Below, in pieces: positions 20,101 to 31,375 of a stretch of DNA of 64,000 nt. The translations under genes and the position numbers were made by a program. This DNA is from Macrostomum lignano (taxonomy: Eukaryota). Position 1 is the stretch's first letter. Every line of letters starts with the position of its first letter. The notes below the pieces were generated by a model that saw nothing but the letters and a program-made list of their open reading frames with translations, was not told where the DNA came from and did not search any database. The DNA lies in NCBI GenBank assembly GCA_002269645.1, contig NIVC01002158.1:1-64000 (forward strand), written 5' to 3'.

Positions 20101-23100
20101 GGCCGTGCGGACTTCCACGGTCGTCGGGACTGCCGGGTCTCCGATGGTGACCACAGCGGCCGCCCCGCCAGCCTCGGAGCCGCCGGCCGCCGAACCGTCG
20201 CAGTATATGACGAGCTCAGCCGGGTGAGACCGGATGACGTCAAGAGCGGCAAGACAGCGCTCCAACGGGGGCGTGGTGGCCGGAGGCAAAGGATTGTCAG
20301 CTAGGATCGCCGGGAGATGTTGGTCCAGCCAGGGGCATGGAAAGGCCGGTGTGAGCGGCAAACGCGGCGTGAGATCAATGCCAAGGCCATTGGCGAGCTG
20401 AGCCGAGCGGAGTCTCCAGCTACTTCGGGCGAGCCGGTGTTGCACGGTGCCCGAGAGGGCGATGGCGCGAGGATGGTCGTTGGGCAGCCTGAGCGCGCGT
20501 TCTCTGGCGATGAGGCAAAGGCGGTCGCTGGTGTTCCTGTAGCTGCCGATGCCGGCCTCCAGGTGCACAGCGTCAAGCGGCGCCGAGCGGTGCAAGCCCG
20601 TGACGATTCTGAGGGCCTGGTTTTGCGCGCGCTCAAGGCGTTCGAAGGAGGAGCTGGAAAGCCAAGGTTGCCAAGCCGGGGCCGCGTAGTTAAGAAGGCT
20701 CTGCTGCATAGCCAGGTAGACGCCGCGAAGGCGCTCCTTGCGCCAACCCCAGTCCCGAGCCGCGAGGCAGGACAGCATGCGGCAGCGGGACAGGACTCTG
20801 CTGCAGATGTCGTTGACGTGCGCGTTAAAGCTGAGCGTACGGTCCAGGGTAATGCCTAGGAGTCTAGGAGTGCTACAGTGCCGAACTTGGGAATGCACAA
20901 TGAAGTTTGTTGCTGCTCTGGCCGGTGCTGCTTCATTTCAGCAAATGCACTGTAATGGCCAACACAGCAAGCCCAAGTTTTTTGTTCAAACAGCTGGTAA
21001 TGGGCTAAACTGCTTTCTACTGCTTTTCGCGTCAGATTAGTTTTGGGACTTCTATTTTTCGAAAATTTTGTTGTCTGGATAGAGAGTCCAAATCCTTTTC
21101 ATTGACAACTCCTGGATAAACTTTTTCGCTAACTGAAACACACTATTTTTGCTATTAGGGGTCCTGGCCGTGTAAAAGACAGACTAGAGCAAATTATCCC
21201 AAACTTCCTGAGACTAGAGAATCTCATCAATATCTTTTGGTGAGCTCGTTGAAAATAATGACAGTAGCCTCCTGATTCACTGAAGCCAGCCGAGAGCCCG
21301 AAACGCCAATAAGGCGGGAAAGGTCAATGTAGAGCATTGCAGTCATGGCGCAACTGAAAGTTAACATTCCTTTAATTAGCCGAGAAGCTAACCTTTCAAT
21401 TCATCTTTTGTCATTTGAAAGCTTATGAGTCAACTAGCATTTCAATATAAGATTCACAAAATCTGCTACCTCTCTCGTCACACAACATTAGTTGACTCAA
21501 AACTGCCGCTCACCGATCCAGAAGTCAGTGCCGTCACCGAACCCAGTCTCGTACTCAGTCCAGTTTCGTTGGAAACTCACTCTGCCCGTAAGTCGCTGCT
21601 GAATCTTCAGGAAGCAGCGACCGTCTGGCTGCAGTTGAACCGCACTGGAAGAGTTCGCTGTGCGTTGAGCAGAGGCGCATTGCAGCCTGGCGCAGGACTG
21701 CAGACTGAAGCAGCTGTCGCTTACAGGCGGTTTCATTCTCCATGATGAAGTGATTTGGCTGGACTTGGAGAGGCACTGCTCAGCAACCAGCGACGTCACC
21801 CGCCACTGCACGTGTCGCCACAGGTCAGCGGGCTCCGCCAGCACAGCAGCCCTGGAAGTCGTCAATTACTTTTTTAACGGCACTGTGCTACGAAGGAATG
21901 AAACAGAAAAAGTCAGAGCAAGTTTTTAAAGCCAATAATGCCTAGGTATATAATTTTAGAATGTAATGATGCCGCAGAAATTCAATTATTTTACGCTCGT
22001 ATAAACTTTACAACTGTGCAATGTGTGCTTATGCGATATTTACGTCAGAAATTCGAGCCAGCTAAAACTTACCCAATCAAATATCCTCTGCTTCCAAACT
22101 CATGCTAAAAAAGTATTTTTGTCTCCCTAAAACTGTAAGAAGCAGTCCAGAAAAGAGCAGCTCAAAAGCAGCACTAAAGTTTTTGATTACGGTGAACGAA
22201 TTGTCAGACCTTCTGCCACATGTCTTAGAAAATGTCAGCCAACCTGAGATCGCGGCACTCCGTCCAGTTTCCGCAGTACAGCCGCAGCCGAGCGGACCTC
22301 CAGTCTGTCGACGCCATCAGCGGACCGACCTCGAACCGAGCACTCAACGAAGAGCTCACCGATCTCTCAGCAGTCCACAGTCGCATGAAGTCGACCGAGC
22401 GAGGCGACAAGTCGGCCAACTGAGTCCTCAAAGCATCGCGTGTGGCCTCATCTTGCAGCACCAGATCCAGCTTCAGGTAGTGCATGTCTCGGCTGTAGTC
22501 ATACCTGACTGACTCGCTGCTCAAGCTGGAGATGTTGTGGCACAGCAGAGGCTCAATGAGGAAGTGGCCCTTGATGTCGAGTCTCTGGTGCACTCGGACA
22601 GAGCAGTTCTCGAGTTTGACGTACCGACTGAACCGCATTTGTCGGCATGCGGGTAAGAATTTTTTCCTGTACAAGCCGACTTCGATGAAGCTGTCGTTTT
22701 GCAGCATGATGCGGCTCTGAACCTCATGGAAACAGCCATTCAACAGAAGAGTAGCTGAGAGTTTTACATTTTTTAGAGTCTCGATTGTTGAATTTTCAAT
22801 TTTATTTCGTCTGCTTATATGAGTGTTTGGTAACAGAAAAACTTTGGTCAATTGGTCGATATTCGCCAGTCCCAGCATGCTTGCTCGTAGATTTAGGGCT
22901 TCATATGTGATCTTCTCTCCGAAGCCGAGTCTCAGAGTGGCTACTGACTCATTTGGAGTCCACGGGAAGCCCAAAACCCGAACCGATGAGCGGGTGTCGG
23001 CTGAGACGCTGATGTTGGTCACCGTGGCGAAGCTCACAGACCTCGGTGACAGATGCCGCAGTTGACGCTTAGCCTCTGCAAGCATCCCAGCATCCTTCAT

Positions 23101-23385
23101 CAATACAGGAACGCTGAAGTAGAGCTGCTGGGTGATGAAGTCGAATCGGGGAACAATGCCTCTCAGGCTGTCTGTCACGCACACGAGCGGCTCGACTGCC
23201 AAGTGCGGACCGTCGCTCGCTCCCGTGTCGTGCACGAACAGCGCGCAGCCGTTCACGCTGAGCTGCGCCACGAAGCGGAGCCGCGGAGAGTCAGCGGGAG
23301 CGCACTGGGAGACCTGGCGGCCGGCTGCCAGCGAGCAGAGCAGCAGAGCCAACGCTGCAGAAACTCGCAACTGAAAGAGCTGCAT
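17161..23385 (-). CDS. Secreted fibrinogen-related-domain (FReD) protein, 3 exons (23385-22244, 21851-21514, 17576-17161; 631 aa)
   Basis: Signal peptide MQLFQLRVSAALALLLCSLAAG. Phase-compatible GT-AG junctions give IQQR..SFQRNWTEYETGFG..FWIG|LSAIH..LRVEM..FSTMDRDND..C..GGWWFKDC..N. Confidence 0.88.
18253..18916 (+). mobile_element. Possible Crypton/DUF3504-like fragment in FReD intron 2
   Basis: ENQCQSTIAKELASVGRFEKFL..DIAKFVRYFYAGLRK resembles the Crypton N-terminal F..F(Y)..R motif; no catalytic recombinase part is seen. Confidence 0.35.
19391..20907 (-). mobile_element. 5'-truncated I-group LINE with RNase H, (CAA)n tail and 12-bp TSD
   Basis: ORF 19405..20898: LGITLD, RIVTG..AP, RNase H (YCDGS, EELRA, SDSQS, WVPGHVGIPVNELAD), C..C..EH..C. 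TSD tgttgctgctct at 19379-19390 and 20908-20919. Confidence 0.92.
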
Positions 23386-23457
23386 CGAGTCAAGTTCACC
23401 TTTCGTTGTTGTATCGGTAAGCGGAGGATTGCAGCTGCATCCTGTAAAATGGCTGCA

Positions 23458-23465
23458 TTTATATA
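23458..23465 (-). promoter_or_regulatory. TATA box of the FReD gene
   Basis: TATATAAA on the minus strand about 75 bp upstream of ATG 23385. Confidence 0.55.
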
Positions 23466-24084
23466 GAGAAGAAGCATTCCCTGCCTATGGGATCAATTTC
23501 ACGTGACTGCAGGCTGCACTTCGCATTCCAGACGCGTCACGCGGTTTGCCATTTACATCAGACTGTTTGCCTCAGCTGGGGATTCGGTTGGCCAGAATCC
23601 CGTGACTAAATGCACCTTTATCTCTGCCAGACAGTGTCTGGAATCCCGAGGCACTGCATGCGTCACTCGAAACCTTTGCGCCATGCAGCGCATCAATTTT
23701 ACCTGCCTTGCTGCAAGAAATTCTGTTTGTGCTGGATGTCATTTCGGAATTTCGGGCTTTGATTTTGCAGTCTTCAGTGCGAACTGTGTTTAAGTTTGTG
23801 TTTTCAGATTATGTCAATCCGCAGCATGCGCAGTGTTTTCTTGGGCATTTGGTTTTAGATAATTCTATACAATACTGGTTTCTTGCAACAGCCGGTTTGC
23901 TTTAGATGTGGAACTTCTAAGGTTTCCTTGTCGGAAAATATTTCCGGATTTTTGTTCGTTGGCGGTTTATGGTGTATTTTATACACCTCTTTACGCTAAG
24001 CAGGGAATACTCTACATATGGAAGTGACACTCCCAAATGAGGGCGGAACAACCGGCTAAACTCGTCCCCAAGACCCACCCAGGT

Positions 24085-24300
24085 GAGAGTGGAAAGGTGA
24101 GGGAATGGGGAGAGAGAAGAATAAAGAGGAGAAGCGAGATTACAGAAGAGAGGCGAGATGGGAGACGCGATGAGAGAAGGTGAGAGAGAGAGAAGAAAGA
24201 AGATCGGTGAGAGGAGAAAAGAAAGGAGAGAAATGAGAGAAGAGAAGAAAGGTGAGGAGATGAGAGAGTAGATAAGGAAACAAAAGGAGAGAACTTAGAA
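24085..24300. repeat. GA-rich low-complexity tract
   Basis: Purine-rich degenerate (GA)/(GAGAA) sequence. Confidence 0.7.
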
Positions 24301-24564
24301 GAGTGACATACGCTCGTGCAATAGTCTATGGCCGCTGCGCCCAAATGCCACCTCCCTCATCCCTTCCTAATATATAAGTGTCCTAGTTTCATAATCTTGT
24401 TACAAGCCCCGGCTATCATTAATGTGGTCCTAAAGCCAAATAAACAAGCAAAGCAAGATACGAGCTTCGTTATTCATCAAGCACTAGAGTTGCCAGCAGA
24501 GCATCACAAAGAGACATCAACACCAACTTTGAGCGGGCCGAATTGCCATTGAAGTTTCAAAGGA

Positions 24565-24615
24565 CCCGAGGGCCGGATAGAGGTTCGCGGCCGGAGTTTA
24601 CCGGCCTCAGGCCTA
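24565..24615. mobile_element. Possible orphan hAT-type terminal sequence
   Basis: Reverse complement TAGGCCTGAGGCCGGTAAACTCCGGCCGCG..ATCCGGCCC resembles hAT/Charlie MITE ends; partner end not found. Confidence 0.3.
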
Positions 24616-26319
24616 AATTTTCAGTTGGCATTTCCAATGCTGGAAAGTTATTTTCGCTGACCAGAAACTGTCGATACTTATGATGACAGCGTTTACCAGT
24701 GGACTTTGACAGATATCCTGAGATGTAAAACATGACATTCAGGCAGCCTGAGTCTTTATGTCACAAGGCCAGGCAATGGATATAAGAAATGGATGCAAGC
24801 GAAATCACTCTAATCTTATTTTTAGACTGAATAATCTTTTTTCGAGTTGATGTAGTATTGACCACCTGACATCTGTCGGTGGTGTGACGTTGTCAGCTTA
24901 GGTGGCCCCGTCAAGGGCCGTTTTAGCATACAGTACCAATCTATAATATTGCTAATTTAATGGTCTCGTACTCTCACGGCTGCTTAAAGTAGCGTCCAAA
25001 GAATTTTAAACAACTTGCTTACGTTTGTAAAGCCTAAGTACAGTATGCGATCGATAATTCCTGTTTTTCTCGCCGGCCAATAGAAAAGCCGCGCATAAAT
25101 TATGTTAGCCTGAAATTAAGTTCTCCTCGCGCACCCACACCCAGCCCGCTCTTTATCAGTCCTGTCTGGCTGGGGCGCTCGGGGTTAGACCGCCCCCGGC
25201 TGCCCTTCGTTCCTCCAACCCATTGTTGGCTTGTTTACCCGCCTTCTCTCTCCGCCTCGCTTCGCCACGGTTCTAAACCACGCCTCTGCCAAGTCTCAGT
25301 CACGCCACTGCCACCGTCAATTCTCGACCACGCCACCTCTACCGTCTGCAACGGGTTCTCGCTACGAGTACCGCCACCACACGATCACTGCCATCACATC
25401 GTCGCCATTGCCTCAGGCTCATCGACTCGATCTATCGCCTATCATCTATCTCTATGGGCGTAGCCGCCCAGTGCTTTTCTTACTGATTCAGCAAGTACTC
25501 TGACCTATCTCTATTAGCTACCCAGACGGAATTAATAATAACGAGCCCTAACTATCCACTCATACGGTTACAATAAATACATACTGCGGCCACCGCCCGC
25601 ATCATTCACTACTATCATCAAGTGCTACCGCTACAAAATTTGCCTCTGTCGTGTTTGTCTTTATCAATTAATTTCGAGTCTGCCGGATAATCGTCACAGT
25701 ACCTTCCGAACTGCCTCTGGATGGGATCCGAAGAAAACTTTCCAAACAAAGCATACTGAAAGTACACCGTAGCAAGTAGTCTTAAGCAAAGTTTCGGAAT
25801 CGCAGAACACGTCTAAATGAAGCTACCGACTGTTTCATTCGTCAAGCAGTTCTTTCCTGCTGCACCTGAGCGCCAGTTTTTTTATAAACTCGGCGAATGC
25901 TAGTAGGTGTTCAAGTTGCCAGAGTTCTCTTGTAATCGGCGGGCATTCAGGCTTTTTTAACTGCTTACCAAGATAGGTGTTGGAACATTTAAAATGCTGA
26001 TGCACTTTGACTTTTGTTCGGAATGGCATGTGGCCGTCACTGCAGCAATGAAGTGTCTTTTGGAAAGGAATAGAAGATAATTTGCTTCCCTGTCGGTGCT
26101 GCATTCGCATAGCCGGAATTGCAGTCAATAACACAGCATTTGGAAGCCATGCTGTTTTTCAGGTAAAGTTGCTCGCTTGGTGTTGCTCGCTTGGTAAAAC
26201 GAAATCGAAAGCGAAGAGAAGAAGCGAGCGGTATTCCTCAGCTTGTGCGGCACCTATAGGGTGACACCTATAGGCTTGTCACCAGTCTTCTGGCCCCAGT
26301 TAGCCTTCAGAGGCTTCCT

Positions 26320-29300
26320 TCGCTAACATCTGCAAAATGCTTGACGATCACTGGGACCCAAAGCCGTCAGAGATCGTGCAAAGGTTCCACTTCTACCAGC
26401 GCGTTCGAGAGCTCGGAGTCCGTGGCCGACTTCTTGGCGGCACTGCGGCGTTTGGCTGTCCACTGCAACTTCGGAAACAGCTTGAGCACCATGCTGAGAG
26501 ATCGTCTGGTGCTTGGAATCCAAGATGATCGCATACAGCGCAGACTCCTGTCCGAGACAGAGTTGGACCTAGAGAGAGCACTGGCGATCTCCCAGGTGGT
26601 GGAGCTGGCAACCAAGGGCTGCAACTTGGTCAAGGGCTCGTCCGCAGGAACTCCGCAAGCCGCCTCGGCAGCATCGGTAGACCAAGTCGGCCAGACCAAT
26701 GTGGTAGCGACTCAGCGACCAGCGAAAAGGTGCTACAGGTGCCTGTCTGCAAAACACCTGGCGGCGAAGTGCCCATCCATGAAGAAGGTCTGTTTCAAGT
26801 GCGGCAAGATGGGGCACACCACTGCAGCCCGTCTAGGAGGCGTGGATTCGGCTGGAGCTGAGCCGCGGTCGCAAGTCGCCGCCGTGGAGGAGGAAAGCCA
26901 AGACTGCGGCTCCCTGAACACCTTGCCCAGTGCAGCTGCCAAAGTGCCGCCGTACATCACCACGGTCCTGCTCAACGGAGTGTCCTGCCAGATGGAGATC
27001 GACACGGGCGCGGCTGTATCGCTGATATCGGCTAGAGCCTATCACGACCTGCTGGGCGGGGCTCCTGAGCTCGAGCGGACCCCGATTCGGCTGCGGAACT
27101 ACTGCGGACAGCCAGTCAGCGTGCTTGGTCAGATCAGCGTGTCTGTAGAGATTCCAGGTAAAGCCAAGCAGCTTCTTCCTCTTCTAGTGGTATCTGGATC
27201 CGGTTCCAGCCTCATCGGTAGGAACTGGCTGGCTGCGCTGCCGTTAAATTGGGGGAGCGTCAAGCAGCTGCCCGAAGCGTCGGCTCCAAAGGATCAGCAA
27301 GTGCAGAAGTTGCTAGAGAGGTTCAGCCCCGTTTTCTCGAGTGGCCTCGGCTGCTACACGGGTGAACCTCTGAAACTGCGAGTGAAGCCTGGGGCGCGAC
27401 CCAAGTTCATGAAGGCGCGGCAGGTGCCCTTCGCTTTGAAGTCCAAGGTGGAAGAGCAGCTCGAGCGGGAGATCCAGCAGGGCATTCTGCGGCCGGTCTC
27501 CGATTCGGAGTATGCGTCCCCAATCGTGCCGGTGCTGAAGTCGGACGGCTCCATCAGAAGCAAGGAGCTGCTACTGAGCTCGCAGGCGCTTGTCCATTTC
27601 GACGTCAAAAAGGAGGTGATTCTGGAGTGCGATAGTTCGCCATACGGGGTCGGGGCCGTTATCTGCCACCGGATTGATGGCCTTGAAAGGCCGATTGCCT
27701 TTGCGTTCCGATCGCTCGCCGACGCCGAGAGGAAGGAACTATTCGCAGACAGAGAAAGAAGCCCTGGCGATCATTTATGGGATCAAGCACTTCCACGCCT
27801 ACCTCTATGGCAAAACCTTCGAGCTCAAGAGTGATCACAAACCGCTACTGGGCCTGCTATACGAGAGCAAGACCATTCCACCACTGGCTTTAACGAAGAT
27901 CCAATGCTGGGCTCTGCTGCTTTCGAACTACTCGTATCGACTGCAGTATCGCAAGGGAACTTCGCTGCTGCGGGCTGACGCGCTGAGTCGGCTGCCGCTG
28001 CCGACGAAGACAGTGGAGACGCCGTCACCGGCTGAGGTAGTGCTGCTCATCGATGCGTTCAATGAGGGACCCGTGACGGCTGCTCAGGTTCGCGGCTGGA
28101 CAAGTCGAGTGCTGCGGTTCGTGCTCGGCTGGATGCGGAACTGCAGCCGAATGCGGTCAGGGCGACAGAACTGAGCCTGGAGGACGGCTGCCTGCTGTGG
28201 GGCAACCGTGTCATTGTGCCGGTTCAGGGACGACAAGCGCTGATCGACTGTCTACATCAGAGCCACCAAGGAGCTTCAAGGATGAAGTCCCTGGCCCGAG
28301 GATATTTCTGGTGGCCGGGATTGGACCGCGACATCGAGCAGCTGTCACAGAACTGTGGCGAGTGCCAGCGTCATCAGAACTGCTCGCTGCCAGCCTTCCT
28401 GCAGCCGTGGCCGTGGCCGGACGAGCCGTGGTCCCGGATCCACCTGGACTACGCTGCACCAGTCGAGGGAAAAATGCTGTTAGTATTGGTGGACCTCATT
28501 TGAAATGTATTGAAGTCCACATTTGCCAGTCCGCCACCAGTGCTGCCACAATCGATCGACTGAGAAGGACTTTCAGTCAGCTGGGATTGCCAGAGGTGGT
28601 AGTGAGTGACAACGGTCCGAATTTCGTGAGCCAAGAGATGAGCAACTTCTTGGCCAGTAACGGCATCCGGCACATCAAAGTGGCTCCATATCATCCATCG
28701 TCCAATGGTTTGGCCGAGCGAGCGGTCCAGACGGTGAAGGCGGCCCTGGCGAAGGGGCAGCCCGCGTCCCTGCAGTTTCGGCTAGCTCGGTTCCTGCTGA
28801 CCTACCGCGTCACTCCGCACAGCATAACCAGTGCTCCACCCTGCCAGCTGATGATGGGCAGGCAGCTGCGGACGCTTCTAGACATATCGTGCGGCCCGAT
28901 GTCTCTGCTACAGTCAGGCGCAGTCAGGACTCGCAAAAGAAGTACCACAACCTGCGAGCCAGGGATCGCAACTTCGAAAAAGGCGACGGTGTCCTGGTGC
29001 GCGACTTCAATGGTCCGGAGAAGTGGGCACCGGCCTCCGTGAGCCGGCGGACCGGGCCGCTGTCCTACGAGTGCCGCCTGCCCGACAAGCGTATCGTGCG
29101 GCGGCATGCCAACCACCTGGTGCCGGCGATCATCCCACCTGAGCAAGCGGCAGAATTGGGCCAGTCAGGCGGGGCGGGGCCACGGCAGCTGTCTCCGTCG
29201 GTGACAACGTCTAAAGCGCCACCACCGCCGCCGCTGCCGCCACCGCCGCCGATGCTGCGGCGTTTAGAGAGGACCACAAGGGTGACTGACCTACGAGTGA

Positions 29301-29520
29301 ACTGATCTGACAGTGACTGATTGTTTTCTTTGGTAGAGGGTTTTTCTTTTTTGTTGCAAGTTCTGTTGCTTTTGTCTTGGCATGGAGGGATATGGTAGCT
29401 TGGCCTGCGTGCGCGCCGGGGGCGGGGGTTGGGTTAGGTTGTTTTGGTGACTCTCTCTCTCGCTGCATGTACTTTGCTAGCGCGGGTTGGTGGTTGCGGT
29501 GGGTCAGTCAATCGATAACA
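26320..29520 (+). mobile_element. Ty3/Gypsy element, 5'-truncated, RT core deleted (gag-PR-RNase H-IN plus probable 3' LTR)
   Basis: Two CCHC knuckles, IDTGAAVS, ASPIVPVLKSDGSIR fused to LECDSSPYGVGAV, YSQTEKEALA, SDHKPL, HQSHQG..C..C, SDNGPNF, PYHPSSNGLAERAV; purine run then LTR-like sequence about 29392-29520. Confidence 0.9.
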
Positions 29521-31375
29521 AATAGTTTCAATATAAGGCAGGTTTCTAGCCTGTAATGTTTTTCGTGCTTTTGTGCCACAATAAAGTTCTGTCATGACTT
29601 TATTTCAATAAACTTTCATTTATTCAGCTTAATAATTTAATGCATACTATGCGACGCTGGGAGCCCGACACTGCCAACGGGGCGAACTTCGTCTGTTCTT
29701 AAGATTTGGGACGCGCCATCTGACATGTCCTGCTCTAACTGTGACTTGCATGCTGGGCTGCGTACTTTGTTGTTGTTGCTGTTGTTTGTTGGATTCGAGC
29801 GTCGTACGAAAAATTACTTGTTTGTAACATGACATCCAATTCAGCGCAGAGCCTACAGAGGAATACTTACACATATAAAATATAAATACAGATTTTTAAG
29901 ATGAAGGCATACAATTTTCGAAAAGCTGGAAAAGATGTAAGAAAAAGTTTAGCTATTCATTTACAGAGCCACCAACCAACGAACGTTATTACGAGTAATT
30001 GTACGGCCTAAATGACACTCTTATGGCAGTTGATAAGACCTGATTCAGTTCCTGACGCACACCAATTGACAAGCCACTCACCGATCCAGAAGTCAGTGCC
30101 GTCACCGAACCCAGTCTCGTACTCAGTCCAGTTTCGTTGGAAACTCACTCTGTCAGTAAGTCGCTGCTGAAACTTCACGAAGCAGCGACCGTCTGGCTGC
30201 AGTTGAACCGCACTGGAAGAGTTCGCTGTGCGTTGAGCAGAGGCGCATTGCAGCCTGGCGCAGGACTTCAGACTGTAGCAGCTATCGCTTACAAGCGGTT
30301 TCATTCTCCATGATGAAGTGATTTGGCTGGACTTGGAGATGCACTGCTCAGCAACCAGCGATGTCACCCGCCACTGCACGTGTCGCCACAGGTCAGCGGG
30401 CTTCGCCAGCACAGCATTCCTGGAAGTCGTCAATTACTTGTTTAAACGGCACAGGGCTACGAAGGAATGAAAAAAAACAAAAATACAAATGAGCACGCAT
30501 TTAAAATAACAAACAAGTATTTCGAATGCATCCAAAATCTCGAAATTTTGGTACGCGAATACTGTTTGGTTGACGATTGAGCCAGAAATGCCATGTCTTT
30601 CAGAAGAGACATCGTCCCTGATAAGACGTGCAACAGATGTGACACATTAAAAGTCACATTTGTTAACTTTTAAACGTTGCCACCGTGACGAAGTTCACAG
30701 ACCTCGGTGACAGATGCCGCAGTTGACGCTGAGCCTCTGCAAGCATCCCAGCATCCTTCATCAATATCGGAACGCTGAAGTACAGCTGTTGGGTGATGAA
30801 GTCGAATCGGGGAACAATGCCTTTCAGGCTGTCTGTCACGCACATGAGCGGCTCGACTGCCAAATGCAGACCGTCGCTCGCTCCCGTGTCGTGCACGAAC
30901 AGCGCGCAGCCGTTCACGCTGAGCTGCGCCACAAAGCGGAGCCGCGGAGAGTCAGCGGGAGCGCACTGGGAGACCTGGCCGGCTGCCAGCGAGCAGAGCA
31001 GCAGAGCCAACGCTAGTAGAATGCATGAAGGGGCTTCTGGGACATGCAGTAAAGTTTAAATAATTTTTTATGGGTGAGAAAAATGGAAGCGATTGCTGAA
31101 AGCTAAATAATATTCTTTCTCACTCCAAGGAGAGCATTCCTATTCCAATAACTGGGCGAATTAATGACTCAAACGGGATATTTGTTCAAAAATTAGAGCA
31201 GGAGATTCACCTGGATCCAGGTGCTAATTACCATGTCTATCTTAACGACTTCACTGGTTGGTCAAACGTTCCCAATGGGACAGCAGCAAGTAATAAGTTT
31301 TATTACAAATGGAAAGGTGCGGCAGCAGAACCTGTGGTATTCCCTGTGAGCACGCAAAGTGTGGATACCTACAAT

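Noticed and set aside
19381-20859. Plus-strand ORFs of 222 and 180 aa
   Set aside because: Antisense shadows of the GC-rich LINE ORF.
25101-25635. Possible solo LTR (ends ..gctaca, AATAAA at about 25573)
   Set aside because: No convincing TG start with a matching TSD was found.
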